From Proteromonas lacertae (taxonomy: Eukaryota): DNA of 64,000 bases. The stretch covers positions 1 to 64,000 of the forward strand of contig NGBS01000603.1 of the NCBI GenBank assembly GCA_002245135.1. The letters run 5' to 3'. Of this stretch, positions 25,941 through 40,864 are shown in pieces. The translations under genes were made by a program, and so were the position numbers. The notes beneath the pieces are model-generated. The model had not been told where the DNA came from, searched no databases, and saw only the letters and a program-made list of their open reading frames with translations. The stretch's first letter is position 1; every line of letters starts with the position of its first letter.

Positions 25941-26477
25941 TCATTTCTGAAACACTTGTTTAAATGATTCTAAATCGCTAAACACATATCTCATCCGATT
26001 AGATTTAGTTGAAATATAAGATACATACGAATATTTTGGTGTTTTACTTATATCTTCTTTTCTATGCTTATTATTCATTATATTCTTCACATTTCTATAA
26101 AAAAATAATACATATATATAACATCATTCATCTAAATATATACCTCCTATTACATTGAATTATATCATCTTCTATGACGTTGCTTAGTGAAATATTATTT
26201 ACTTTGACTTTCTTGCTCTGTTGTTCTTCATTCTGATTTGAGGGACTCACACTCTCAATAAATACAGATTTTGGAATAATTGGTCTATTTTTGGTTGACA
26301 AAAAATTCATCACATTATATGTATTATCTTCTACAAAATATACATTATTATATAAGATAAAACAGACATACTATCACTCTTTGGTGTATTTTTACTAATA
26401 TTTCTGTTAACTTCGTTATTTTCATTTTCATCTTCTTCAACTTGTTGATTCTTCTTGCTCCTAGCCTTTCTTTTCAT
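25941..26477 (-). CDS. Small hypothetical protein, three exons
   Basis: Short ORFs linked by GT..AG introns; no family recognised. Confidence 0.4.
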
Positions 26478-26625
26478 CAATTTTAAAAATTCTATTATGA
26501 AACGAATATATTTTTGAAATAAATAAACTAATATCACACCAATGATTATTGTGATTCTATAACAGTATTATTAGTATAATTTACTCAAACAAAAAAAGAG
26601 GAAAAAAAGTGAAAAATAAATAAAT

Positions 26626-27918
26626 TTATAGCAAACTACACGGAGAAGCAGTCATACTCATATCTTTATGTATTAAAACTCCATTACCACCCACTTCTGC
26701 TAAAAAACAACTCATCTTTTCTTCTTTTAAATCTTTGCAGATCAATTCACTTTTACCCTTTTCCTCATCTTTAATTATACAATAAACACAACCACCACCT
26801 CCAGCACCGGTTATTTTACCTTTTAAATCATATTTACTCAATATCTCACAGGCTTTATCTATTTTTTCATGTGAAACACCCAGCTCTTCTAAATATCTTT
26901 GATTCTTTTCTATATTCTTATTCAGTGAATCTATTCGATTATTATCTCTAGGATTTTTGATTAATAGTTCAATTTCTTTTACACAATTATTCATTAATTC
27001 ATCCATATCTTTTAATATTGTATTTTTATATTTTATTTTCTCTTTTACTATATTTACCATATCTAATGTACAGTGATCTATATTTGTATTGATAATCAAT
27101 AATTTCAAAATTGGGAAATTATGATAACTTTTCTTGGGGCGAATTTTCGAATAAGCACATGCACCACCATACGTTGAAATAGTATTATCAATACCACTCA
27201 AATTATTACCATGAAATATACATTCCGATTTGAATGAATAACTGTTTATTGTGTTTTGAAAATGTTTACATGGAACTATGTCACTTCATATTATTGTTAT
27301 TCAATAGATCCATTCTACATTCAGGACATTTATTTTCATGAATATTGTAATAGTAATATTCTAGCAATACGGTTGTTACACACACACTAAATGCAGATGA
27401 ACTACCTAAACCTGCACTTATTGGTAATTCACTCGATCTTATTGTGATATCAAAACCTAAATCTTCTTTTTCTCTATATTCACTTAATAGTTGAGGTTTT
27501 TCTAGAATATATGGGAAAATTGAAATTATTAAATAAATTAATGAACTTAACGAACGGGTAACAGAGTTTATTTTACTGAATTTGTTACAAAAATTAATTA
27601 ACTGCTGTTTAACATCATCATTGGGTTTATCAGAGCTTCGCTGGTGGGAAGAATCCTTTAAGGTGTTTGAAAGCTTCGTGTATTTCAGTTAATTTGATAG
27701 AGATGGGTAAACGATCTACAGTGAGGAGATTTGAAAAATATATATTTATTGCATCTTGATCATTTGTAGTCTATGTAAAATATATACTGATTTTTACATA
27801 CTAGTGAAGCATGAACTCTGAGTGAACTGAGAGACACTGCAATTGCTGTAGAATTATACATCACTACATGTTCTCCAAACAGAATTACTTTTCCTGGAGC
27901 AGAAGAGAAAAAACGCAT
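26626..27918 (-). CDS. MVK: Mevalonate kinase
   Basis: SAPGKVILFGEH, LPISAGLGSSA, FHGN.SGIDN, LGVSH, KITGAGGGGC. Confidence 0.93.
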
Positions 27919-28009
27919 TTTATGAAAATTTATTCAAATCCTTCTCTCAAGCTAAAGAAAAAAATCATTTTTGAATTTGAGCGAATCTACAGCAAACACA
28001 AGTTCGAAT

Positions 28010-30349
28010 ATGTCTTTTTCTGCACAAGGAGACTCTAATTTACAAGGTATATCACCGAATATATCAATAAATCAGACAAATACCTATTTGTCAGAACAAG
28101 TCCAAAATAATACTAATAAGTATATCATTAAATGTATTTAATGTTGTATAATATAGTTTAAATGATAAAAATGTTGTTAATCAACCTAAATCTTCACAGA
28201 CTGTAGCAAGATCCATTAAATAGAAGAGAAAATTGGTCTACTCATTTAGCTCCAGATGGTAGAGAATATTACTACAATTCTGTAGATTTACTAGTTTCTC
28301 TAATTTCTCTAGGTTACTAATACTAGTACATTTGACAAACCTGACTGTCTAAAAAGTGAAGAAGAAAGAGCATTAAAATGTGATTGGAAAGAGTATTTAG
28401 CAGATGGAAAGAAATATTGGTATAATCACATAACCAATCAATCAGTATGGGATAAACCAGGTATTATTATTATTATTATTATGTATATAGCTGAATATCA
28501 AGATTATGAAAACAAATTAAAAGCAATATTAGAAAGAGAAAAACAAAGAGAAATGAGTAATAAAAATATAGAAAATAGTAATAATGTTGATAGTAATAAT
28601 AATAATAATGTATAATATATATATATATATATATATAATTTAATATTAGATAAATGAAAATGTACTTATTCCACAAACAATATCTACAACAACAACAACA
28701 ACAAATATAAAAATTGTTAATACCATACCAACATCATCAAATAATATTAATTCAACAATCACACCAAAATCGAAAGTTCCAGTTTATAAATCAGAATCAG
28801 ATGCAAAACAAGTATTCTTTGATTTATTAGATGAAAGTAAAGTGACTAGTAAAACACCTTGGGCTGAGATTGTTAAAATTGTTTCCAATGATATTAGATG
28901 GCAATCTTTATCAACTGTTGGACAAAGAAAACAAGCTTGGAGTATATATACATATAATAATATATAATAATTGTATTTGTTTATTATAATATTTATTTAG
29001 GTGAATGGGTTAATAAAGCAGCAAAACGTGAAGAAGAAGAAGCAAGATTAAGATATGAAAAGAGTATAGATGATTATAATGAATTATTAAAAAGAACAAC
29101 AGAAATTACATCAGATAGTACATGGGGTGAAGTTAAAGTTATACTTGAACACTGTCCAGAGTATCTTTTTTAATTTTTTTATAATAAATACAAATAGATA
29201 TTCAGCTTTAAACAATGAGAAAAAAAGAAGAGATTTATATTTCGATTATATTCACGAATTAGAGAAAAAAGAACAGAGAAGAAAGAAGGCAGAGAAAGAA
29301 TACGAATATTGCTGCATTAAAAGAAATATTAAAGACAAAGACTTACACCAGCAGAACAAAATATGATAAAATTAAAGAAGATTTAAGGGATGAAAAATGT
29401 TGGATTGTATATTTTATTATATTATATTATTTGTAAATAGGACTTAGATCGAGATGATAAACATAAAATATATTCAGATTATATAAAATCCAAAATAGAC
29501 GAAGAAAAAGCGATTCAAAAACAAATTATTACAGAATGTGAAGAAGAACTAACCAAAGCTAATATTCAAATTAATAGATGAAGTGAAAATATGTAGTTCT
29601 ACAAGATGGAAAGATATCAAATCAACAATCTCTCAATATCCATTTTATAAGAAGTTAAAATCAATAGATGTAAGTTGTCATGATTTGTATGATAATATAT
29701 TACGTAAATATAAACGAATATTGAGAGATCCGCTTGATATAATATCGAAATTTATAAAAGAGAAAGAGATTGTTTTTACTGAAGATTTGACTTATGATTT
29801 TATATCAAATTCAATAAATGAAAAGTGCTGAAGAAGGTGAAAAGATTAAAGAAATGAATAATAAAGATAATACAATGTTGAAAAGATCATTTTATGAATT
29901 ACTATATGTTGTATATATATATATATATTATACATATATAGTATCGATATGAAAAAGAAAAAGATAGAAAGAAGTTTTTCTCATTATTAAAAGAGTATTA
30001 TTATAAAGAAAAACATTTAGGAATAACGTATGATCAAGCCAAAGAGAAATTAGCAGGTAAAAGTGATTGGGAAAGAATAATGTCACCAGAAGAAAGACAG
30101 GAATTATTTAATGATTATATGACTAAATTGGAGAAGAAGATAAAAAGTAAAAAAGAGGAGGAAAATAAAGAAGACAAAAAGGATGATAGTAAAGTAATGG
30201 AGGAAGAAGAAAAGAAAGAAGAAGAAAATAATGTAAATGATGATGATACAAAGACAGAAACAGGAGAAGCTATAAAGAGAAAACTTGAAGATAGTGATGA
30301 TGCTGAAAAAGTAGTGAAAAAGGTAGAAACTGATGTTAATGCTCAATAG
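28010..30349 (+). CDS. PRP40: PRP40-like splicing factor (WW and FF domains)
   Basis: WSTHLAPDGREYYYN and WKEYLADGKKYWYN WW domains followed by FF repeats (ERQELFNDY). Confidence 0.85.
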
Positions 30350-30434
30350 TAAATAGTTTTTTCAATTTTTGTTATTATTTTCGATATTTTTTGAAACACC
30401 AAATTCAAAATTATTCTTTTCTTCTCAAAATTCA

Positions 30435-31411
30435 ATGAAATTTAACAAGTTATCAGATTTATTATCAGCCTTTTACAAAATTCACCCATTGTGTGATGTA
30501 TCGGTATAAAAACTATCTCACCTTAGTCACCTCAGTCTTTAGAATTTCATAAGAGACTTGTATTAATTCAAAATTATGCTTTAGTTTGATATGGCTAGTG
30601 ATGTAAAACGTAGATGTCTTTTTATGGGTGCGCCAGGAGCTGGTAAAGGAACCTACGGCAAAATAATGAGTCCTTTATTAAATGTTGAGAATATTGCAAT
30701 AGGTGATATTATTAGATCAGAAATTAAGAATAAAACAGATGATGGAATGAAGTGTAAGGTATTAGACATAAATTTATCTGACATTCATATTAATAGATGT
30801 ACAGTGATAAAGGTGAGTTAGTTCCTGATGAAATAGTTAATCATATGGTATTTCATGTTCTTTCACAGCCGAAATACTCTCATGGTTATATTTTAGATGG
30901 TTTTCCTAGAAATATTGATCAAGCTAAAGCACTACAACAACAATCAAAAATTGATTTAGCAATTCATTTCAATCTTCCTGATGATGTTTTAATTGGCAAA
31001 TTATTGGGCAGAAGAATGTGTTCTGAATGTGGTCATGGTTATAATGTGTGTAATATCGATCGTATTTATATAATCTATTTATTCATGTTTGTGTTATAGA
31101 AGATGGAATAAAAGATGGAGCCAATTTTGCCTAAACATGAAGGAATATGTGATTTATGTGGTGGAAAATTAATAAAAAGAAAAGACGATACATATGAAAC
31201 AATTAAAAATAGATTAGAAGTGTATAAGAAGAATACATTTCCATTAATTGAGTATTATAACAACCAAGGAGTATTGTTTGAATTTGAAGTAAAATTGGGA
31301 ATAAAGGATATGTGTAGATGTGCAGATGTTATTGCCTTAAAATTATTTAATAATTATTTTAATCAGAATAAAGAAAAAGTCAATTCTGAATTTAAAGATT
31401 TAGTTTCTTAA
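30435..31411 (+). CDS. ADK: Adenylate kinase with N-terminal extension (possible organellar presequence)
   Basis: GAPGAGKGT, GYILDGFPR, Cys-containing lid, RKDDT. Confidence 0.93.
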
Positions 31412-31554
31412 GTGTTTTGTTGCTTATTTATTATTTTTTAATTCTATTTTGTTTTTTAAAGAGGTAAATTTATAAATAAGTCATAACAATATTCTAATGT
31501 AAGTAAATGTATCTAATTACTATTATAAATGTGTAATTATTATTATTTGGACTA

Positions 31555-33641
31555 TTATAGACGTGTAGGAGCAGGAAATAAAGTCGCTAATTTTTCAACA
31601 AGAGCTTCAGTATCTAATATAATAATAACAAACAATAAAAATATACTTCTGTCACCAATATTTTGGTCAATTACTGACATTATAATACAAAGTCCTTGAT
31701 AAATACTTAAAGGATGCTAAATAAATAATATTAAATATATGTATACTTTTAAGTCAAAAATAAATGAATCATCACCAGTTCTTCCAAACTGCAAAACTGT
31801 TTCATTTCCAAATGGCTATTGAAATAATAATAATAATAGTATATTATATAATATATATACTACTTGTAACAATTGAAAATTCTTTGTAGATGGTTTTGTT
31901 ACTCTACCACCGAACGGCATAATATGTCCATGATGCTCAGGCGACCAAACTGGTTTCTATTATAGAATAAATAAATATATAATAAATATATACTCTTGAT
32001 CTTAATATAATAAAATCATTATAATGATCATTACATATTCTAGTATACAATGTTCCACTACTTGTATCTGTTATTTTTTCTGATATATCATCTACTACAT
32101 TTGGTAATACTGCAAATATATCAGGTGGACTATCATTTGGTGAACTATACAAAAATAAAATAAATATATAATATACTTATAAAACACAATTCCCATTTCA
32201 TCTCTCACTAATTCTTTTTGATCTGTCCTTGTAGGATTTTTACCATTACTATATATTGAATAATATGTAGGATTCTAAATAAATAATTATTATTGATAAG
32301 ATATTATATACAACATGTAATCTCACTTTACCTAAATGATAATGTGGTTCAACAAAATCACTATCTGACATTGACACTGCATAATAGGATGTTTTTGAAT
32401 TGATATTCTTTTTACAAGATAATAAGTAAGTATGATCATGTGGATAATCTAAACTAACATGATATACATTACCACTCATATGCTTCTCTCGACTAATACA
32501 ACACTATTTAATAAATAAATAAATAAATAAATATGTAAATATATACTTTGAGTATAGCTGTATTAGATGGTAAAGGATTTAATATATATTCTCTTAGTGT
32601 TTCAATGTTATTATCTTTGAGAGGAAATGGTATTCTTCTTCCTTGTTCATCGTATTCATGATGTTCTTTACTTTTACTACCACTGGCATCACCACCACCA
32701 TCAGATACAGCACCACCTTTCTTCTTTATATTAATCATTTCAATCATTTTAAACATATCCATTTCAACATCCTCTAATTCTTCTAATTCTTCTTTTTTTC
32801 TTTCTTCTTCTGCTTCAGCCATGTCTTCATCTAACATCCTTTCAGCTGCTTTTAATTCTTCTAATGTAATTGGCATCATATATCTTGCATAATTTTCAGC
32901 TGAACAGGATAATGATCGTTTTGTATGAATAGTGAATGGTGAATCAACATCAACAGTTGGTGTAGTTGGTGGATTTAACATATTATTTATGTTATTGTTG
33001 TTATTATTACGTGGAGTAGTAGGTGAAGGGGGACAGAATATACCTGAGTCTGATCTAAGAAATGAAGATGATTTACTTTCAGAGATATTTTGTGAAATAG
33101 ATTGACTACTAGATCTCTGCATATTGACTAGTTTACGATGACTCATTGTAGGAGTGAATTTGAGATGATATGATGAGTTAAAAGAAGGAGATTCTACTCT
33201 ATAGTTTGGACGCTTTCTTGGACTTACTCTTGGTGGTGTTTTAGGTCTACTTGGAGTAATAGGGAGTTCTTCTTTCTCTTCTCTTGGTGAGGAATGAGTA
33301 TTAACATCTTGTTTTGAATCTCCACAATCATTATTGTCAAAATCATCTAAATTAAAAGGACATGGTAGTGAATCATCCTCCAAATAATCTAACTCAGAAT
33401 TGTGTTCAGAGAGATTATCTTCTTTATACAGCGGGGGAGAGTCTAATCCATCATTGGGAACTAGTTTTATAAAATATGAAAAAATAATACTGACCACTTT
33501 TAATGGATTATCTATTGAGCTTTTACAACTTTCAGATTGTACATAGCTCTTTTTACTTTCAAATGTCAACGAAAACTTCGTATTATTTTCATCCCTTTTA
33601 GCTCTATACTATATTTTACAATAATCATACTCGTTTAGCAT
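31555..33641 (-). CDS. Tubby-domain protein
   Basis: YLLSCKK, HLGKVR, FGGRVTKPSTKNFQL, LQFGR, FIFDFKHPLSIYQG. Confidence 0.88.
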
Positions 33642-34155
33642 ATTTGAAAATTTTCAAAAAAAAAATGTTTCAAGCATCTTCCAAGCTTTTCAAAAAACTT
33701 AACATCTACAATTGTCAGAGTAACAGGAATTGTTTATATTTATATCTTCTGCTATTTAATGTGCATGGTTAAAAAATGTAGTGAATACATCGTTATAAAG
33801 ACATTTAATAATATTAATATTCAAAGCCGGTATTTTATTAGTTCATTTCATCATATATTAGGTATATATTCAGAAAATAATATTTAAAAAAATGTATATA
33901 AATGGACTTTCATTAAAGTCACTTTAAACCAGCCAATATTGTAATAATATATCTTAGAAGGTAATATTCGATCAAGATATTAATTTAATGAGAATATCTC
34001 AATAATGTAAATTTTGATTTTCAGATTAAGTCTAGTTTTAACATTTTTTCCTTCATAGAACAGTAATATTTGTTATTCAATTAACATATTGTCCATTCAT
34101 CTGCCTTCAATGAGTTTGCTGTTCATTCTTAGCTTGGCTTGATCAAACGTAAATA

Positions 34156-36075
34156 ATGAAGTTTTGTTTATTTATCAGCCTATTGGTAATATCTATAGCT
34201 GTGGCTAGTGATATGAAAGTATTTTGTGTGGATCGATCATCCTACAAAGTAGGAATATGTATTGACAGCAATTGCGAGAAATCGGTGACGCCTTTGGAAG
34301 TGTGTTATAAAGAAGGTCAGTCAATTCACTTCGATGTAGATGGACAAACTAAAGATGTCATTTGTAAGAATCCACAAGTAGTTTGCCAAAATTCTTTAGT
34401 CGCAAATAGAACATTAATGGAAGTAGATAAAGAAGCAAATACTGAAGATAGTACAGAAGGAACTGAAATTGAAAAACCTACTCAAACAAATCCAACTACT
34501 CCAACTTTTAAGCCAACTACCATTCCACCAACAACTGCTGCTCCTACATCTGGATTACCTGATCAACCAATAGTTATACCAGAAGATATTACTGATGTTA
34601 TAAGTGAAAACAGTCAGAAAATAATACAATCTAAGATAGAAGAACAAGCAAGACTTACAAAACAAGAAATAAAAACTCAAATAATGGCGGAAAAACAAGC
34701 ATCAAAGATTATCAATTCAAAACCATTTGCAAATTCAGAAACAACTCAGAAATTCGTTAATTTAATAAACAACACAAATGATTATATCATATTCACATCA
34801 ACAGAAGCAATAGATATGCAAGAATACAGTAAAATAGATTTAAATGAAAAAACTTTAAATGGAAATAATCAGGAAATAATCTTACAATTTAACACTAAAA
34901 AGACAAGTCAAAAAACAATAGAAAGAGTGTTAGAAGATACAACAACATATGAAAATGATAATATCATATCACTTCAATTATTTAGTGAAGTTAATAATAC
35001 AATAATAAAAAATATCAAAATATCAGTAATTGTTAAAGGTTCAAATAATAATTTAAATCCATTAGAAGTAAGAGAATGTGGTATATTTGGTAAATTAAAT
35101 AATGTTACTCTACAAAATGTAGTTGTTTTATTTTACAATCCAATTACATTCAATTGTATGAATAATGAAGGTAAAACTGCTGGAATATTAGTAAATGAAG
35201 CTACAAATTCAATATTCAATAGAGTAAAGGTAGAATTTGCTAATTTTGGAAATGGTTTAGTGTATCTAAATACAACTGATAAAAGTATGGGGTTATTAGT
35301 TGGTAAAGGTGATAATATTACTATTAAAAACACAAATGTAATTGGTGATTCTTTAATTGCATATGGTAGTGGCAATAATAATGGTTTATATGTAGGAGGA
35401 ATGATAAGTGAATTAAATGGAGTAGATAATGTGATTGAATCATCATACGTTGATTTATATTTCTTAAGTTTATATAAGGAGATTAATTATGGTGGTTTAA
35501 TTGGTGTTAGTAAAGGAAGTGTGAAATTTGATAAAGTTTATAATTATGTTAGAAAAGGAATGACTATTGGTGTTAAAACTAAATCTACTTCATTCTCATT
35601 TGGTGGATTAATTGCTATAATTGAAGGAAGTAATGTTGATGTTGTTGATAGTTGGGTTTCTATTAAAACATATGGAATTGAAGCGAATAGTACAACTACT
35701 TCTTTTGGTGGTTTTATTGGTAATAGTAATGATAAAGAGATTAATATATTAAGATCATATGTAAGAATATATACAGGTCATAAGAGATTTATCTTACAAT
35801 CAAATAAAGAAAAGAATGATGGTGTTAAAGTTGGTTATTATTTTGGAGATATTAAATTGAATGAAGAAAAGAAGAATTTAGTATTAAATGAAACTGCTGC
35901 TTATGTTCAAGGATGTACAACTATTGATTGTGTTTATGAACCATATTATAAAATTGGTATTTACTCATCAAATCCTAATACAAGACCACCAGAAGATAAA
36001 AGAATATTAACTGATCCAACTTACATAAACTTAGTTACAGGAGAAGGAGCAATTCCTGCTAAAAATGATAGTAAT

Positions 36076-36114
<39 letters not shown>

Positions 36115-37351
36115 CCATTAGGTTTTACAGATAATATTCAAGAATTTGCTACTTTAACAGGAATGGAAATAGATGAGAGTGGATTGATAGGAAATCCAAA
36201 CAATGTTCAACCATTACCAAATTCACAAAGAGATACTGCAACTCCAACAATTATATTATCACCAGTCAAAGAAGCAGCAGTTGTTAAGAAACTATGTGAA
36301 AATAACTGCAACAATCATGGTGTATGTCAATATGGTAAATGTGTATGTTATCCAGGTTATTTACCATCAACTTGTTTATATAGAAGTTGTCCATATGGAA
36401 CATCACTCTCCAATCCATCTAATGAATATGGAAAAGATGATAGAGTAAATTATGAATGTTCCAATCAAGGTAAATGCAATAGAGATACTGGATTATGTGA
36501 ATGTTTTGCTGGTTATGAAGGAAATGCTTGTCAAAGAAAGAGTTGTCCAAATCAATGTAGTGGTCATGGAGTGTGTGAAACAATTGGTAATGTTGAGTTG
36601 GTTGATAATTATAATAATATGATTATTCATAATGATAAAAATTACATGAAATGGGATAAAGAACATATGCAAGTATGTGTTTGTGATAAAGAATATACTG
36701 GTTATGATTGTTCTCAGAGTATTATATATATATATATATATTATTTATTTTATCATTTTAAATAGAAAAATGTCCATATGGTTATATTCAAGGAAATGAT
36801 TGTGAAGCTGGAGAGTTTTCATCAATTGAAATAAAAATATCAAAAACAAGTCTTACTATTGATTGCGCTTCAACTACATCAAAATGTGTATTTGAAATAT
36901 ACAGATTTATGGGGAAGAGAATGGTATACTGAGAAATTCAATGTTGGATGTAAAAGTGCTTGGGAACAAGCAATTGGTAAATTACCACCAGGTGTTATAT
37001 CATTAGATCCAAACTATGGAATAGAATTTGATAAAACTAGTAGTACTACAACAGATTTAACTGTTACTGTAATGTTTTCAAAACATCAAACTGGAAGACA
37101 GAATGTGGTTGAAGTATTAACTGAAGAAAAAGTAAAAGAAATTCCAGAAATAAAGAATGGAGGAACATTCCACACAATTACAAATACAAATGACTTGCTA
37201 AAAGCTGTTGACTATTGATTATTCAATGGATTTAGTTTCTCCATCAGAAGAATGTAGTAATGCAGGGATATGTGATAGAAATACAGGTTTATGTAAGTGT
37301 TTTGAAGGTTATATTGGTAATTCTTGTAATCAAGCAAGTTCTGTTTTATAA
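34156..37351 (+). CDS. Secreted EGF-repeat protein of tubular-mastigoneme type with a long N-terminal extension
   Basis: Signal peptide; ECSNQGKCNRDTGLCECFAGYEGNACQRKSCPNQCSGHG, WD...CVCD..YTGYDCS, terminal ECSNAGICDRNTGLCKCFEGY. Confidence 0.75.
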
Positions 37352-37498
37352 ATAATTAAATTTTGGTTAGATTAATACGTGTATTATTATTATAGTAATT
37401 AATAATTATTGTTGTTTTTTAAATCACTTACAAAAATCAAAAATTAATATTCATACTGTTTTTATAAAATAAATAAATTCAATAATATACAACTTTAC

Positions 37499-38839
37499 TT
37501 AACCTTCTTCTCCATCAGCATCTGTTGCAGTTTGTACTTCCTTATAATCCATTTCTAAAGCAGCTAAATCTTCTCTAGCTTCATGAAACTCTTTATCATC
37601 CATACCTTCACCATAATACCAATGCAAAAATGCTTTCTTCTTATACAAACTGTCAAACTTTCTATCAATTCTTCTAAACACTTCAGAGATAGCTGTATTA
37701 TTAGATATCATACAACAAGCTCTTTGTACTCTTGCTAAATCACCACCAGGAACAACAGTTGGTGGTTGACTATTAATACCAATCTTAAATTCAGTAGGAC
37801 ACCAATCCACAAATTGAATTGTATTTTTCTTTGTTTTAATATTGGCAATTGCTGCATTAACTGATGATGTAGCTACATCTCCTCTGTACATACAACAACA
37901 TGCCATATATTTACCTTTCCTTGGATCACATTTAGCCATCATTGCTTCTGGTTCAAACACTTCATTAGTAATTTGAGCTTCTGATAATCTTTCCATTGAT
38001 GCTTTATGAGCTGAGATAATTGGTGAAAAACTACTTAATAAGAAATGAATTCTTGGATAAGGAACTAAGTTAGTTTGAAATTCAGAAATATCACAATTCA
38101 ATACACCATTGAATCTAATAGAAGCAGTTAATGTTGAAATAACTTGAGCAATTAATCTGTTCAAATTAACATAACTTGGTCTTGGTAATCCTAAATACTT
38201 ACCACAAACACTATAAATAGCTTCATTATCTAACAATACAGATACATCAGTGTATTCTAATAAACTATGAGTTGCTAATACTCCATTATATGGTTCTACT
38301 GGAGCTGTACTGATTCTGGGAGATGGGTAAATTGGGAATGATAATTTTGGCTTTTGAGGATAATCATTTGTTATTCTTTCTAATAAAACACTACCAAAGC
38401 CTGCACCTGTACCTCCTCCTACACTATGAAATACGCAGAAACCTTCAAGACCTTCACAATTATCAGCTAGCTTACGAATACGATCTAAACTAATATCAAT
38501 CATTTTTGGTGCAATATTTCTTACACCTCTTGCGAAATTGTTTGCAGCATCTTCTTTTCCACTGACCAATTGTTCTGGATGGTATAATGATCGATATGTT
38601 CCTGTTCGAATTTCATCAATCACAGTTGGTTCAGAATCCATATAAACACATCGAGGTACATGTTTCCCACCAGGAGTGACATCAAAGAATGTATTTTCAC
38701 CACCACCACCTCCTCCATAACTATCACCAGGAGTTACACCATTTGGTTGGATTCCATGCTCCATACAGAACAATTCCCAACAAGCATTACCTGTTTGACA
38801 ACCTCCTTGACCAATATGCAAGCAAATGATTTCTCTCAT
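37499..38839 (-). CDS. TUBA: Alpha-tubulin, divergent, intronless
   Basis: [56 protein letters not shown]. Confidence 0.96.
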   Translation of the reverse strand: MREIICLHIGQGGCQTGNACWELFCMEHGIQPNGVTPGDSYGGGGGGENTFFDVTPGGKHVPRCVYMDSEPTVIDEIRTGTYRSLYHPEQLVSGKEDAANNFARGVRNIAPKMIDISLDRIRKLADNCEGLEGFCVFHSVGGGTGAGFGSVLLERITNDYPQKPKLSFPIYPSPRISTAPVEPYNGVLATHSLLEYTDVSVLLDNEAIYSVCGKYLGLPRPSYVNLNRLIAQVISTLTASIRFNGVLNCDISEFQTNLVPYPRIHFLLSSFSPIISAHKASMERLSEAQITNEVFEPEAMMAKCDPRKGKYMACCCMYRGDVATSSVNAAIANIKTKKNTIQFVDWCPTEFKIGINSQPPTVVPGGDLARVQRACCMISNNTAISEVFRRIDRKFDSLYKKKAFLHWYYGEGMDDKEFHEAREDLAALEMDYKEVQTATDADGEEG

Positions 38840-39003
38840 CAATAAAAAGAAAGATAAAGATTAAAAATTGTATAACTGAAAGATATGGTTATTAAAAAAT
38901 ATCTTTTCAAAAACCAAAAATTATTAAAAAGTCAAATATCTCATCATATATTGTTTATTATCCAACAAAAAATTATATAAAACTATACATAACAATAATA
39001 AAA

Positions 39004-40717
39004 TTAGGTGAAGTATCTAGCTTCATCAATTTTGGCTTGGTTATTCTCATCTTCAGGCTTCTTTCTCTTACGACTGTGTGTTGGTGCGGATCTAAACATT
39101 ACTTGTTTACCAGTCTTTTTCTGAATTGGCATTTGAGCTCTTTCCATAGCTTTATTCAATCTCTCAAGATATGCTTCTTGTTGTATCTTTAATCTTTCAG
39201 CTCTCACTTTATCTCTTCTCTCCTTCTCTTTCTCCTTCTCAGCACTCATTACATAATCAGAATCCATTTCATCCATTTTCAACAACAATTCATCCAATTT
39301 AGCTTCTAATTCTGTTAACATAGTCAATGTAGAAGGATTGGCAGAAGCATCAAAACCACAAGATGTGTAGACATCACAAATCTTTGCTGTTAATTGATTC
39401 AACAATTCTTCTTGATCTTTATCACCTTCTCTACCCAAAGATTTATCTTTCATTTCTTTAGCCTTCTTATCTTCCACACTAATCTGTCCCATTAGTTCAT
39501 TAATATTAGTATTTAAATCATCAGTTTTTCTTTTCATTATCTTCTCAGTATCAATCACTTGATGTTGTAAATCATCTAAAGCTTGTTCAGACTGTTGTGT
39601 ATTCTGAATTAAAAACAAATTACTTTCTTCAAGATTACTGAATATTTCTAACAACTGTGATGGTTCTTGGAAGTACATTGGTATTTGATCTTCATCTATT
39701 ACCATCTCATTTATTACTGTTGGGTCAAACGTAGGCTCGGGTGGAATTACTGGTAAAGGCAAATCTTCACCTTTCTTTCGGTATTTTCTTCTACTTTCTT
39801 CTTTAGCCTTCTCATATTCAGCATATATTCTATCTCTCTCAGCTTGCCAAGCTCCTAATTTGAGCACATATTCTTTGTACATCTGTTCACGTTTTTCTTC
39901 ACGAATTTTATCTTTTTGTTGTTCTATATAATCAGAAGGAGTGAGTTCATCTAAAAAGTTTTTATATGTTTCACAATCTTCCACTTGTTCTTTTAATTTT
40001 TGAATATCAGTTGACATGATTTGTGATTGTTGTTGTAGTTTCTTTAATTCTGCATTTTTCTCTTGTTTGATCTTTGATTTAGCTTCAGCTTCTTTTATAG
40101 CTTCATGGGCTTTCTTATCATTCTCTTTTAAGAAAGTATCAAAACGAATAGCATCTTCTTCTAACATCAATTCACTTTTTCTTAATGCTTCTTCTTTTAA
40201 TAATGCTTTTTCTTCTAATTTACGAATTTCTTCTCGCTTAGTATCTAATGCCATTTGTACTAAAAACATTTCTCTCTTCTTTGCTATGAAATCAGCCATA
40301 TTTTCTTTTTGTCTCCTTCCTCTGTCGATTTGAGCGGCTGTTTGTGTTACTATTGTTTTTGTCATGGCTGGACTATTTTGATCTATTTCTGGAATTGGTG
40401 CATCAACTGGAAATCTAACTACTCTATTTAATCTACATGAGGCTGTGCTTTTCTCCCAGATTTGTTGATGTTTTCTTTTTTCTTTTTCCTAAATGATTAT
40501 AAAATTGATTCTATATATACTTCTTCTCTATCTTTCTTTTCTTGTTCTCTCATCAAGAAAACTTGTTCATCAGTAGGTAGTTTAAATGGGTTATCATCTA
40601 TTCATGCAAATTAAACAATTGTATACAGTGTACTTCATCACTTAAAGAATTTTTCCTAGTTTCCTCACGAGCACTACTTATAGTTCTCTTGATTGAGGTA
40701 GAGAATTCATCTGACAT
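39004..40717 (-). CDS. CFAP100: CFAP100/CCDC37-like axonemal coiled-coil protein (DUF4200)
   Basis: FIAKKREMFLVQMAL, LEEDAIRFDTFLKEND, MYFQEPSQLL..F..LEESNLFLIQN, KKTGKQVMFRS. Confidence 0.88.
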
Positions 40718-40864
40718 ACTAGAAAAAACTTATATTTTAAATTAATTGAGCTTTAAGAAAAACAATAAATAAAAACGCTTTTTTTCTGAATGATTTTTCA
40801 TTAACCAAAATTAACCCATTAATTTAAAATAGTGTTTTTAAATCTCAATCAAATACATACAGGA

